DNA from: Vicinamibacteria bacterium
GTDB lineage: Bacteria; Acidobacteriota; Vicinamibacteria; Marinacidobacterales; Marinacidobacteraceae
Direction of reading: 5' to 3'
Length of the DNA stretch: 64,000 nucleotides
Assembly: GCA_965199715.1 (NCBI GenBank)
Contig: OZ241322.1
Location: 1,088,001-1,152,000, forward strand
The notes beneath the pieces are model-generated. The model had not been told where the DNA came from. It searched no databases and saw only the letters and a program-made list of their open reading frames with translations. Numbering within the stretch: the stretch's first letter is position 1; each line of letters begins with the position of its first letter. The translations under genes and the position numbers were made by a program. Shown here one piece after another: positions 57,064 to 64,000 of the stretch.

Positions 57064-58446
57064 TCAGCGCCGCCCCCGGACCCGTCCGCGCTTCAGGAAC
57101 CCGTCGTAGTTCCGCATGATGAGCTGGCTTTCGACCTGTTGCGCGGTGTCCATCGCGACGCCCACCACGATGAGGAGCGAGGTCCCCCCGAAGTAGAACT
57201 GGATCCCGAAGCCCTGGGTCACGAACGCGGGCAGCATCGACTCGAGCCACGGGCCGATGACCGGCAGCGGCCCGACGTTGAAGCCGCCAATGAGGAAGTC
57301 GGGCAGCACCGAGACGGCGGACAGGTAGAGCGCGCCGACGAAGGTGAGCCGGGTCAGGACCGAGTCGAGGTAGCGGGCGGTCTTGCGGCCCGGGCGGATG
57401 CCGGGGATGTAGCCGCCGCTCTTTCGCATGTTGTCGGCCACGTCCTCGGGCTTGAAGACGATCGCGGTATAGAAGTAGCAGAAGAAGATGATCGCGGTGA
57501 CGTACAGCAGCGTGTACAGCGGCATGCCGAAGCTGAGCTGCTGCACGATGGCCGACATCCAGCGGCTTCCCTGGAAGACCGAGGCGAAGGTCTGCGGGAG
57601 CGCGATGATGGACGCGGCGAAGATCACCGGGATCACGCCGCCGGTGTTGATCTTGAGCGGGATGTGGGTCGCCTGCCCCTGGTACATCCGCCGGCCCACG
57701 AACCGCTTGGCGTACTGGACCGGAATCCGCCGCTGGCCGCGCTCGACGAGGACGATGAACGCGAGCACCCCGACCATGAAGGCGAGGAGCGCCAGCACCG
57801 CGAGGATCGAGCGCTGCCCGAGGCTGATCTCGCTGAAGGTGGTCAGGATCGCGGACGGGAAGGCCACGACGATGCCCGCGAAGATGAGCAGCGACATGCC
57901 GTTGCCGATGCCGCGCTCGGTGATCTGCTCGCCGAGCCACATCACGAACACGGTGCCGGCGGTCATCGTGATCACCGTCATCAGGGTGAACGCGACGCCG
58001 GGATCGGGGACGAGCTGCATGCCCTCGCCGAGCGTCTGGCTCTGGAGGAAGATCGCGATGCCCGCCGACTGGATCACCGCGAGGATGACCGTGCCGTAGC
58101 GGGTGTACTGGGTGATCTTCTTCCGGCCGAGGTCGCCTTCCTTGCTGAGCCGCTCGAGGTAGGGCCACACGAGCGTCAGCAACTGCAGGATGATGGACGC
58201 GGTGATGTACGGCATGATGCCGAGCGCGAACACCGTCACCTGCGAGAGGTTGCCGCCGGAGAACATGTCGGCGAACCCGAACCACGTGCCCCGGTTCTGC
58301 TCGAAGAACTCCACGAGCGCCCGCGGATCGACTCCGGGGGTCGGGACGTGGCTGCCGAGGCGGTACACCGCGAGAATCCCGAGGGTGAACAGGATCCGAT
58401 TCCGGAGGTCCGGAATCCGGGCGATCCGCCGCAGGCTGTCGATCAT
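57064..58446 (-). CDS. secY: Preprotein translocase subunit SecY
   Basis: FALGIMPYITASII, WLGEQITERGIGNG, GVIPVIFA, IPGIRPG, GGTSLLIVVGV. Confidence 0.97.
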   Translation of the reverse strand: MIDSLRRIARIPDLRNRILFTLGILAVYRLGSHVPTPGVDPRALVEFFEQNRGTWFGFADMFSGGNLSQVTVFALGIMPYITASIILQLLTLVWPYLERLSKEGDLGRKKITQYTRYGTVILAVIQSAGIAIFLQSQTLGEGMQLVPDPGVAFTLMTVITMTAGTVFVMWLGEQITERGIGNGMSLLIFAGIVVAFPSAILTTFSEISLGQRSILAVLALLAFMVGVLAFIVLVERGQRRIPVQYAKRFVGRRMYQGQATHIPLKINTGGVIPVIFAASIIALPQTFASVFQGSRWMSAIVQQLSFGMPLYTLLYVTAIIFFCYFYTAIVFKPEDVADNMRKSGGYIPGIRPGRKTARYLDSVLTRLTFVGALYLSAVSVLPDFLIGGFNVGPLPVIGPWLESMLPAFVTQGFGIQFYFGGTSLLIVVGVAMDTAQQVESQLIMRNYDGFLKRGRVRGRR

Positions 58447-58448
58447 CG

Positions 58449-58931
58449 TCAGACGGCCTCGAGCACGACCGCGGTTCCGCCCGCGGCCTCGATCTTCCGG
58501 CGGGCGCTGGCGCTGAAGGCGTGGGCCTCGACCGTGAGGCCGCGGTCGATCTCGCCGTCGCCGAGCACCTTGTAGCGGAACGGGCGCGACGAGGCGATCG
58601 CGTCGTCCCGGACGTGGGCGTTGCGCAGCACCCGGGCCTTGACGAGGTCGATTCCGGTGACGGTGGCGCCGGCCTCGAACCGGGCGAGATCGGCGACGTG
58701 GACCACCGCGTACTCGCGGCGGAACTTGTTGTGGAAGCCGCGCTTCGGAACGCGCCGGATGAGCGGCATCTGGCCGCCCTCGAAGCCGCGCCGGAGCGAG
58801 TAGCCGGAGCGCGACTTCGCGCCCTTGTGGCCCCGCCCGCTGGTCTTGCCCGCGCCCGACCCCGGGCCGCGCCCGACGCGCTTGCGGGGACGGACCGCGC
58901 CTTCGGCCGGACTGAGTTCGTGAAGGCTCAT
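58449..58931 (-). CDS. rplO: 50S ribosomal protein L15
   Basis: [28 protein letters not shown]. Confidence 0.97.
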   Translation of the reverse strand: MSLHELSPAEGAVRPRKRVGRGPGSGAGKTSGRGHKGAKSRSGYSLRRGFEGGQMPLIRRVPKRGFHNKFRREYAVVHVADLARFEAGATVTGIDLVKARVLRNAHVRDDAIASSRPFRYKVLGDGEIDRGLTVEAHAFSASARRKIEAAGGTAVVLEAV

Positions 58932-59140
58932 GCCGATCCTTCCCCCTCGACCACGCGCACCAGATGGGGCACCTTGCGGATCATTCCGCGGGTCATCGCG
59001 TTGTCCGGACGCACCGCCGAGCTGCCGACGCGCCGCAGCCCGAGGCCGCGCACGACCTCCCGCTGGTACTTCGTCGAGCCGGCGAGGCCGCGCACGAGGC
59101 GCACGGTCACGGTGGGGCGGTCTTCCGCTTGCGCGCTCAC
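58928..59140 (-). CDS. rpmD: 50S ribosomal protein L30
   Basis: GLGLRR...[11 protein letters not shown]; lies between rpsE and rplO. Confidence 0.93.
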   Translation of the reverse strand: MSAQAEDRPTVTVRLVRGLAGSTKYQREVVRGLGLRRVGSSAVRPDNAMTRGMIRKVPHLVRVVEGEGSA

Positions 59141-59691
59141 GCCCGGATCTCCGCCTCGATCTCGCTCGCGTCCTTGCCCCGCAGCTCGGCGACGGCGGCG
59201 GCGGAGCGGAGCGAGAGCAATCCCCGCATGGTCGCCTCGACCACGTTCTTCGGGTTCGTGGTTCCGAGCGACTTGGTCAGGATGTCCTTGATCCCCGCGA
59301 GCTCGATGACCGCGCGGACCGCGCCGCCGGCGATCACGCCGGTTCCTTCGGACGCGGGCTTGAGCAGCACCCGTCCGGCGCCGAAGACCCCGACCACCTG
59401 ATGGGCGATCGTCGTGCCGACGCGGGGGATGGGCTTCAGGTTCTTCTTGGCGATCTCGATCCCCTTCTTGATCGCCGACGGCACCTCGCGGGCCTTGCCG
59501 AGGCCGAAGCCAACCTTGCCGTTCTCGTTGCCGACGACCACGAGCACCGAGAAGGACAGGTTCTTGCCGCCCTTGACCACCTTGGTGACCCGGTTGATGA
59601 AGACGACCTTGTCCTTGAGCTCCGGATCTCCGGTCCGCTCAAGCTGGGTGTTGCGAGGGCCCCTCGGGGACCGCCGTCCGCCCGAATCCAT
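59137..59691 (-). CDS. rpsE: 30S ribosomal protein S5
   Basis: [30 protein letters not shown]; start taken at the ATG just after the rplR stop. Confidence 0.95.
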   Translation of the reverse strand: MDSGGRRSPRGPRNTQLERTGDPELKDKVVFINRVTKVVKGGKNLSFSVLVVVGNENGKVGFGLGKAREVPSAIKKGIEIAKKNLKPIPRVGTTIAHQVVGVFGAGRVLLKPASEGTGVIAGGAVRAVIELAGIKDILTKSLGTTNPKNVVEATMRGLLSLRSAAAVAELRGKDASEIEAEIRA

Positions 59692-59693
59692 GC

Positions 59694-60059
59694 TCAGCAC
59701 CGGACTCCTCCTTCGCGCACCGCGTCCGCGAGCGCCTTGACCCGGCCGTGGTAGAGACATCCTCCGCGGTCGAAAACCACCTGCTGGAGTCCGGCGGAGC
59801 GCAGCCGGCCGGCGATGGCCGATCCGACCCGGGCCGCGCCGGCGACGTTCCCGCCCTTCGCGCCGTCTTGGGGCAGCTCGGTCTCGAGGCTGGAGGCCGC
59901 GGCCAGCGTCCTCCCGTTCACGTCATCCACGACCTGGGCGTAGATGTGCTTGAGCGACCGGTACACCGAGAGCCGCGGACGCTCCGGCGTGCCGGACACC
60001 TTCCTGCGGACGCGCGCGTGGATGCGCCGGCGCACCTGCCGACGAGTCATGTTGGCCAT
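59694..60059 (-). CDS. rplR: 50S ribosomal protein L18
   Basis: [33 protein letters not shown]. Confidence 0.97.
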   Translation of the reverse strand: MANMTRRQVRRRIHARVRRKVSGTPERPRLSVYRSLKHIYAQVVDDVNGRTLAAASSLETELPQDGAKGGNVAGAARVGSAIAGRLRSAGLQQVVFDRGGCLYHGRVKALADAVREGGVRC

Positions 60060-60081
60060 TTCGAATCCTTCGGCTCCCCGG

Positions 60082-60615
60082 TCATCCGGTCTTCTTGCCG
60101 GCCTTCTTGACGAGGCGCTCGCCGGTGTAGCGGACGCCCTTTTGCTTGTAGGGATCGGGTTTGCGCAGCGCGCGCATCCGCGCCGCCACCGCTCCCACGA
60201 GCTGCTTGTCGAAGCCGCGCACCACGACGTGGGTGTTCTTCTCGATCTCGACCTCGATTCCGTCCGGCAGCGGCACCCGGATCGGATGGGAGTAGCCGAG
60301 CGCGAACTCGACCTCGCGGCCGACGTTCTTGGCCCGGTAGCCGACCCCGACGATGTCCAGCTCCTTCTTGAAGCCCTCGGACACGCCGGTCACCGCGTTC
60401 GCGAGCAGCGCCCGGGCGAGGCCCCAGAACGCGCGGTTGCGGCCCTCGCCGTCCATCGCGGCGACGACGCTCCCCCCGTCCTGCGAGAAGCGGATCCCCG
60501 GCGGAATCGGGGTCGTGAGCGAGCCCTTCGGCCCCTTCACCGCGACTTCGCGGTCGCCGATGGACACGGTCACGCCGGCCGGCACCGGAATCGGCTTCGC
60601 GCCTATGCGGGACAT
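60082..60615 (-). CDS. rplF: 50S ribosomal protein L6
   Basis: [28 protein letters not shown]. Confidence 0.97.
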   Translation of the reverse strand: MSRIGAKPIPVPAGVTVSIGDREVAVKGPKGSLTTPIPPGIRFSQDGGSVVAAMDGEGRNRAFWGLARALLANAVTGVSEGFKKELDIVGVGYRAKNVGREVEFALGYSHPIRVPLPDGIEVEIEKNTHVVVRGFDKQLVGAVAARMRALRKPDPYKQKGVRYTGERLVKKAGKKTG

Positions 60616-60619
60616 GGAG

Positions 60620-61015
60620 TCACCAGACCTTGAGCAGCACTTCGCCGCCCACGCCGCGCTCGCGCGCCTCGCGCCCGGTCATCACGCCCCGCGACGTGGA
60701 GAGCACGGTGACGCCGAGCCCGCCCTGCGACTTGGGGATGTTCGCCTTGGCGACGTACACCCGGACGCCCGGGCGCGACACCCGCTGGAGGTCGGTGAGC
60801 GCGGCGCGGTTCCCCGGAAGCCGGCGCAGCCGGATGCGGATCGCGTCCTGCGGCTCCTGCGACACGACTTCCCAGCCGGAGATGTAGCCCTCCTGGGCGA
60901 GGATGCGGGCGATCTCCTGCTTGATTCCGGAGGACGGCACCTCCACCACGTCGTGCCGCGCCTGGTTGGCGTTGCGCAGCCGGGTGAGCATGTCGGCGAT
61001 CGGGTCGGACCACAT
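60620..61015 (-). CDS. rpsH: 30S ribosomal protein S8
   Basis: DPIADMLTRLRNA, RVSRPGVRVY, STSRGVMT, GGEV. Confidence 0.97.
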   Translation of the reverse strand: MWSDPIADMLTRLRNANQARHDVVEVPSSGIKQEIARILAQEGYISGWEVVSQEPQDAIRIRLRRLPGNRAALTDLQRVSRPGVRVYVAKANIPKSQGGLGVTVLSTSRGVMTGREARERGVGGEVLLKVW

Positions 61016-61025
61016 GTGAGACTCC

Positions 61026-61220
61026 CTACCAGCTCGCCTTGATGACGCCGGGGATTTCTCCGGCGAGGGCCAGCTTCCGGAAGCAGAGTCGGCAGAGGCC
61101 GAACTTCCGGTAATACGCCCGGGGGCGGCCGCACTGGCGGCAACGGTTGTGCCGCCTCGAGGAATACCGCTTCCAGGTCCTCGGGTTCTTGGACCTCGCG
61201 ATCAGGGACTTCTTGGCCAA
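61026..61220 (-). CDS. rpsN: 30S ribosomal protein S14 (zinc-binding type Z)
   Basis: RCRQCGRPR...GLCRLCFR...IPGVIKASW. Confidence 0.96.
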   Translation of the reverse strand: MAKKSLIARSKNPRTWKRYSSRRHNRCRQCGRPRAYYRKFGLCRLCFRKLALAGEIPGVIKASW

Positions 61221-61230
61221 ACCGTGTTCC

Positions 61231-61779
61231 TCAGGCGTCCGGACGCACGAAGGGCATGCCGAACTTCCGCAGAAGCTCCCTCGCGTCCCCGTCGCGCGTC
61301 GCCGTGGTGCAGAAAGTGATGTTCATCCCGCGGGTCTTCTCGATCTTGGAGTAGTCGATCTCGGGAAACACCGACTGGTCGGTGAGCCCGAGCGTGTAGT
61401 TGCCGCGACCGTCGAAGGAGCGGTCGGGCACGCCGCGGAAGTCATGGACCCGGGGCAACGCGATGTTGACCAGCCGGTCCAGGAACTCGTACATGCGCAC
61501 GCCCCGCAGGGTGACCCGGACCCCGACCGGCACGCCCTCGCGGATCTTGAAGTTCGCGATGGACCTGCGGGCGCGGGTCACGACCGGCTTCTGCCCGGAG
61601 ATGAGCGTCAGGTCGGCGACCGCGGCCTCGATGAACTTGTGCTCGCGCGAGCCTTCCCCGACCCCGATGTTGATGACGATCCGGGTCAGTCGGGGCACGT
61701 CGTGGACGCTCGCGATGGCGAGCGTCTCGCGCAGTTCGCCGGCGATGGTCTCGCGGTAGAGGGTCCGGAGCCGGCTCAC
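61231..61779 (-). CDS. rplE: 50S ribosomal protein L5
   Basis: [35 protein letters not shown]. Confidence 0.97.
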   Translation of the reverse strand: MSRLRTLYRETIAGELRETLAIASVHDVPRLTRIVINIGVGEGSREHKFIEAAVADLTLISGQKPVVTRARRSIANFKIREGVPVGVRVTLRGVRMYEFLDRLVNIALPRVHDFRGVPDRSFDGRGNYTLGLTDQSVFPEIDYSKIEKTRGMNITFCTTATRDGDARELLRKFGMPFVRPDA

Positions 61780-62135
61780 TTGTCGATCACTCCCTCGGAG
61801 CGGACGCTCACGCGCACCTTGCGGCCGTCGGTGAGGCGGCTGCGGCGGATGCGGGTGGGCTGGTTGGACTCCGGATCCACGAGCATCACGTTGCTGACGT
61901 GGATCGCGCCCTCGCGCTCCACCACGCCGCCCTTGATGTTCTGCCGCGGGTTCGGGCGGGTGTGCCGCTTGATCATGTGGATCCCCTCGACGATCACGCG
62001 AAACGTTTCGGGGAACGTCCGGAGAACCTTGCCGCGCTTGCCGACGTCCTTGCCGGCCATGACCTGCACGAGGTCGTCCTTCTTGACGTGAAGGCGCCTC
62101 GGGGCGGCCCGGGAATCGCGGGTCTTCTTCGCCAT
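61776..62135 (-). CDS. rplX: 50S ribosomal protein L24
   Basis: VKKDDLVQVMAGKDVGKRGKV, EGAIHVSNV. Confidence 0.96.
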   Translation of the reverse strand: MAKKTRDSRAAPRRLHVKKDDLVQVMAGKDVGKRGKVLRTFPETFRVIVEGIHMIKRHTRPNPRQNIKGGVVEREGAIHVSNVMLVDPESNQPTRIRRSRLTDGRKVRVSVRSEGVIDK

Positions 62136-62137
62136 GG

Positions 62138-62506
62138 TCACAAGACCTCCGGCGCGAGCGAAACGATCCGCATGAACTGCCGCTCGCGCAGTTCCCGGGC
62201 GACCGGCCCGAAGACGCGGGTGCCGGTGGGTTCGCGCTGCTCGTTGATGAGCACGACGGCGTTGTCGCCGAAGCGGATGTAGGAACCGTCGGGGCGGCGG
62301 TGCTCCTTGCGGGTGCGGACGATGACCGCGCGCACGACCGCGCCCTTCTTCACCGCGCCGCCGGGCGCGGCCTCGCGGACCGAGGCGGTGATGACGTCGC
62401 CCAAGCGGGCGATCTTCCCCACTCCGCCGCCGAGCGGCAGGATGCAGGTCACCCGGCGGGCGCCCGAGTTGTCGGCCACCTGGAGGACCGACTGCATCTG
62501 GATCAT
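62138..62506 (-). CDS. rplN: 50S ribosomal protein L14
   Basis: [36 protein letters not shown]. Confidence 0.97.
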   Translation of the reverse strand: MIQMQSVLQVADNSGARRVTCILPLGGGVGKIARLGDVITASVREAAPGGAVKKGAVVRAVIVRTRKEHRRPDGSYIRFGDNAVVLINEQREPTGTRVFGPVARELRERQFMRIVSLAPEVL

Positions 62507-62748
62507 GAGGCCCGCTCCATGACCCGCAGCAGCCGCCACCGCTTGGTGCGCGACATCGGCCGGCACTCCTCGATCTGCACCCGGTCGCCGACCTGCCCCT
62601 CGTTGCGCTCGTCGTGCACCGAGAAACGGGCCGACTGCTTGTAGCGGCGCTTGTAGAGGGGGTGCTCCACGAGACGATCCACCCGGACGGTGATCGACTT
62701 GTCGGCACGGTCGGAGACTACGGTCCCGATCCGAATCAGCTTAGGCAT
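62503..62748 (-). CDS. rpsQ: 30S ribosomal protein S17
   Basis: [26 protein letters not shown]. Confidence 0.96.
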   Translation of the reverse strand: MPKLIRIGTVVSDRADKSITVRVDRLVEHPLYKRRYKQSARFSVHDERNEGQVGDRVQIEECRPMSRTKRWRLLRVMERAS

Positions 62749-62763
62749 GGCTGGCGTTCATCC

Positions 62764-62985
62764 TCACGAGTCCGATCCGCTCCCGGCGTCACGGATTCCG
62801 AGCTCGCGCTCCCGGGCGATCGTGCGCATCCGCGCCACCGCGCGCCGGAGCGTCCGCACCCGGTGGTTCTGGCCCGACTGGCCGGTCGCCGCCTCGACCC
62901 GGGCGTCGAAGAGCTCGCGGATCGTCTCGTCGCGCTTCCTCAGCAGCTCCTCGTAGGGGAGCTCGCGGATCTCGCTGGCCTTCAC
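62764..62985 (-). CDS. rpmC: 50S ribosomal protein L29
   Basis: KASEIRE...ATGQ...RRAVARMRT; lies between rplP and rpsQ. Confidence 0.93.
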   Translation of the reverse strand: MKASEIRELPYEELLRKRDETIRELFDARVEAATGQSGQNHRVRTLRRAVARMRTIARERELGIRDAGSGSDS

Positions 62986-63404
62986 GACGGCTCCTCCTCG
63001 AACCGGCCGAGGAACATGGTCCTGACCGGCAGCTTGTGGCTGGCGAGGCGCATGGCCTCGGCGGCGTGCTCCCGGCTGACTCCCTCAAGCTCGAAGAGCA
63101 CCCGTCCGGGCCGCACCACGGCGACCCAGCCCTCGGGTCCGCCCTTGCCCTTGCCCATCCGCGTCTCCTGCGGCTTCCGGGTGAACGGCTTGTCCGGGAA
63201 GATCCGGATCCAGACGCGCCCGCTGCGCTTCACCGAACGGGTGATCGCGACCCGGGCCGCCTCGATCTGCCGGCTGGTGATCCAGCCCGGCTCCAGCGTC
63301 TTGAGCCCGTAGTCGCCGAACGCGACCGTCTGGCCGGTCCACGACTTGCCCCGCATGCGGCCCCGCTGCTGCTTGCGGTAGCGGGTCTTCTTCGGAGAGA
63401 GCAT
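62982..63404 (-). CDS. rplP: 50S ribosomal protein L16
   Basis: [36 protein letters not shown]. Confidence 0.97.
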   Translation of the reverse strand: MLSPKKTRYRKQQRGRMRGKSWTGQTVAFGDYGLKTLEPGWITSRQIEAARVAITRSVKRSGRVWIRIFPDKPFTRKPQETRMGKGKGGPEGWVAVVRPGRVLFELEGVSREHAAEAMRLASHKLPVRTMFLGRFEEEPS

Positions 63405-63416
63405 GATCGTTCAGCC

Positions 63417-64000
63417 TCAGTCGGACGCTCGGGAAGGCGCGGCGCGGCGCGGGGGAGGAGGCGGCGGCATCGACGGCTCGCCGACCTCGCCCGGCCCCCG
63501 ATAGACCCAGCACTTCACGCCGATCTGCCCGTAGGTGGTCCGGGCCTCGGCGAGGCCGTAGTCGATGTTGGCCTTGAGCGTGTGGAGCGGGAGCTGGCCC
63601 TCGAGGTACCACTCGGCGCGGGCGATGTCGGCCCCGTTCAGCCGCCCGGCGCAGCGGATCCGCACGCCCTTCGCGCCGTTGCGCATGGTGTTCTCGACCG
63701 CCTTGCGCATGGCCCGGCGGAACGCGATCCGCTTTTCGAGCTGGAGCGCGATGGATTCGGCGACGAGCTGCGGATCCAGCTCCGGCTTGATGACCTCGAG
63801 CGGCCGGATGTGGACTTCCTTCCCGGTCCGCCGCCGGAGCTCCCTCGTGAGCTTCTCGACCTCGGTGCCCTTGCGCCCGATGATGATGCCGGGCCGGGAG
63901 GTGTGGATGTAGATGTTCAGGTTGTTGCCGGGACGCTCGATCTCCACCCGCGAGATCCCGGCGTGGTAGAGCCGCTGCTTCAACAGGCGCCGCAGGTCCA
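63417..64000 (-). CDS. rpsC: 30S ribosomal protein S3 (5' end outside the window)
   Basis: [47 protein letters not shown]. Confidence 0.97.
   Translation of the reverse strand, partial: DLRRLLKQRLYHAGISRVEIERPGNNLNIYIHTSRPGIIIGRKGTEVEKLTRELRRRTGKEVHIRPLEVIKPELDPQLVAESIALQLEKRIAFRRAMRKAVENTMRNGAKGVRIRCAGRLNGADIARAEWYLEGQLPLHTLKANIDYGLAEARTTYGQIGVKCWVYRGPGEVGEPSMPPPPPPRRAAPSRASD

Noticed and set aside
1-64000. CRISPR arrays, tRNA/rRNA genes, integrases, transposases, reverse transcriptases and invertible shufflon repeats
   Set aside because: None seen. Intergenic gaps are very short, no regular repeat-spacer pattern or recombinase motif was found, and no inverted repeats flanking the Mod TRD were noticed. 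A small ncRNA could be missed by eye.

Overview
GC-rich bacterial chromosome segment. The gene content (VWA protein, TPR-sulfatase, GldA/F/G-DUF4340 ABC system, EF-G2, split nuo locus) suggests an Acidobacteriota-type genome; this is inference. The right ~11.5 kb (52.6-64 kb, minus strand) is the S10-spc-alpha ribosomal superoperon from rpsC to rplQ. The rest is housekeeping and transport genes interrupted by three defence-like patches, with no integrase, transposase or tRNA visible. (1) At 9.9-20.3 kb: a truncated HTH gene; a type III-like res-mod pair whose methyltransferase is split by a G12 tract at the left edge of a compositionally foreign target-recognition segment (candidate phase-variable RM/phasevarion); an uncharacterised translationally coupled three-gene cassette ending in a possible ADP-ribosyltransferase-fold gene; and a tandem series of Phd-type antitoxin genes around one broken vapC. 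(2) At 27.0-33.8 kb: an AccI-family RM pair, a CapRel-like fused toxSAS, and a large coiled-coil protein with a RelE-like tail. (3) At 38.2-39.4 kb: a truncated DNA methyltransferase abutting an RxxxxH (HEPN-like) remnant. All family calls come from recognising motifs by eye, not from database searches.
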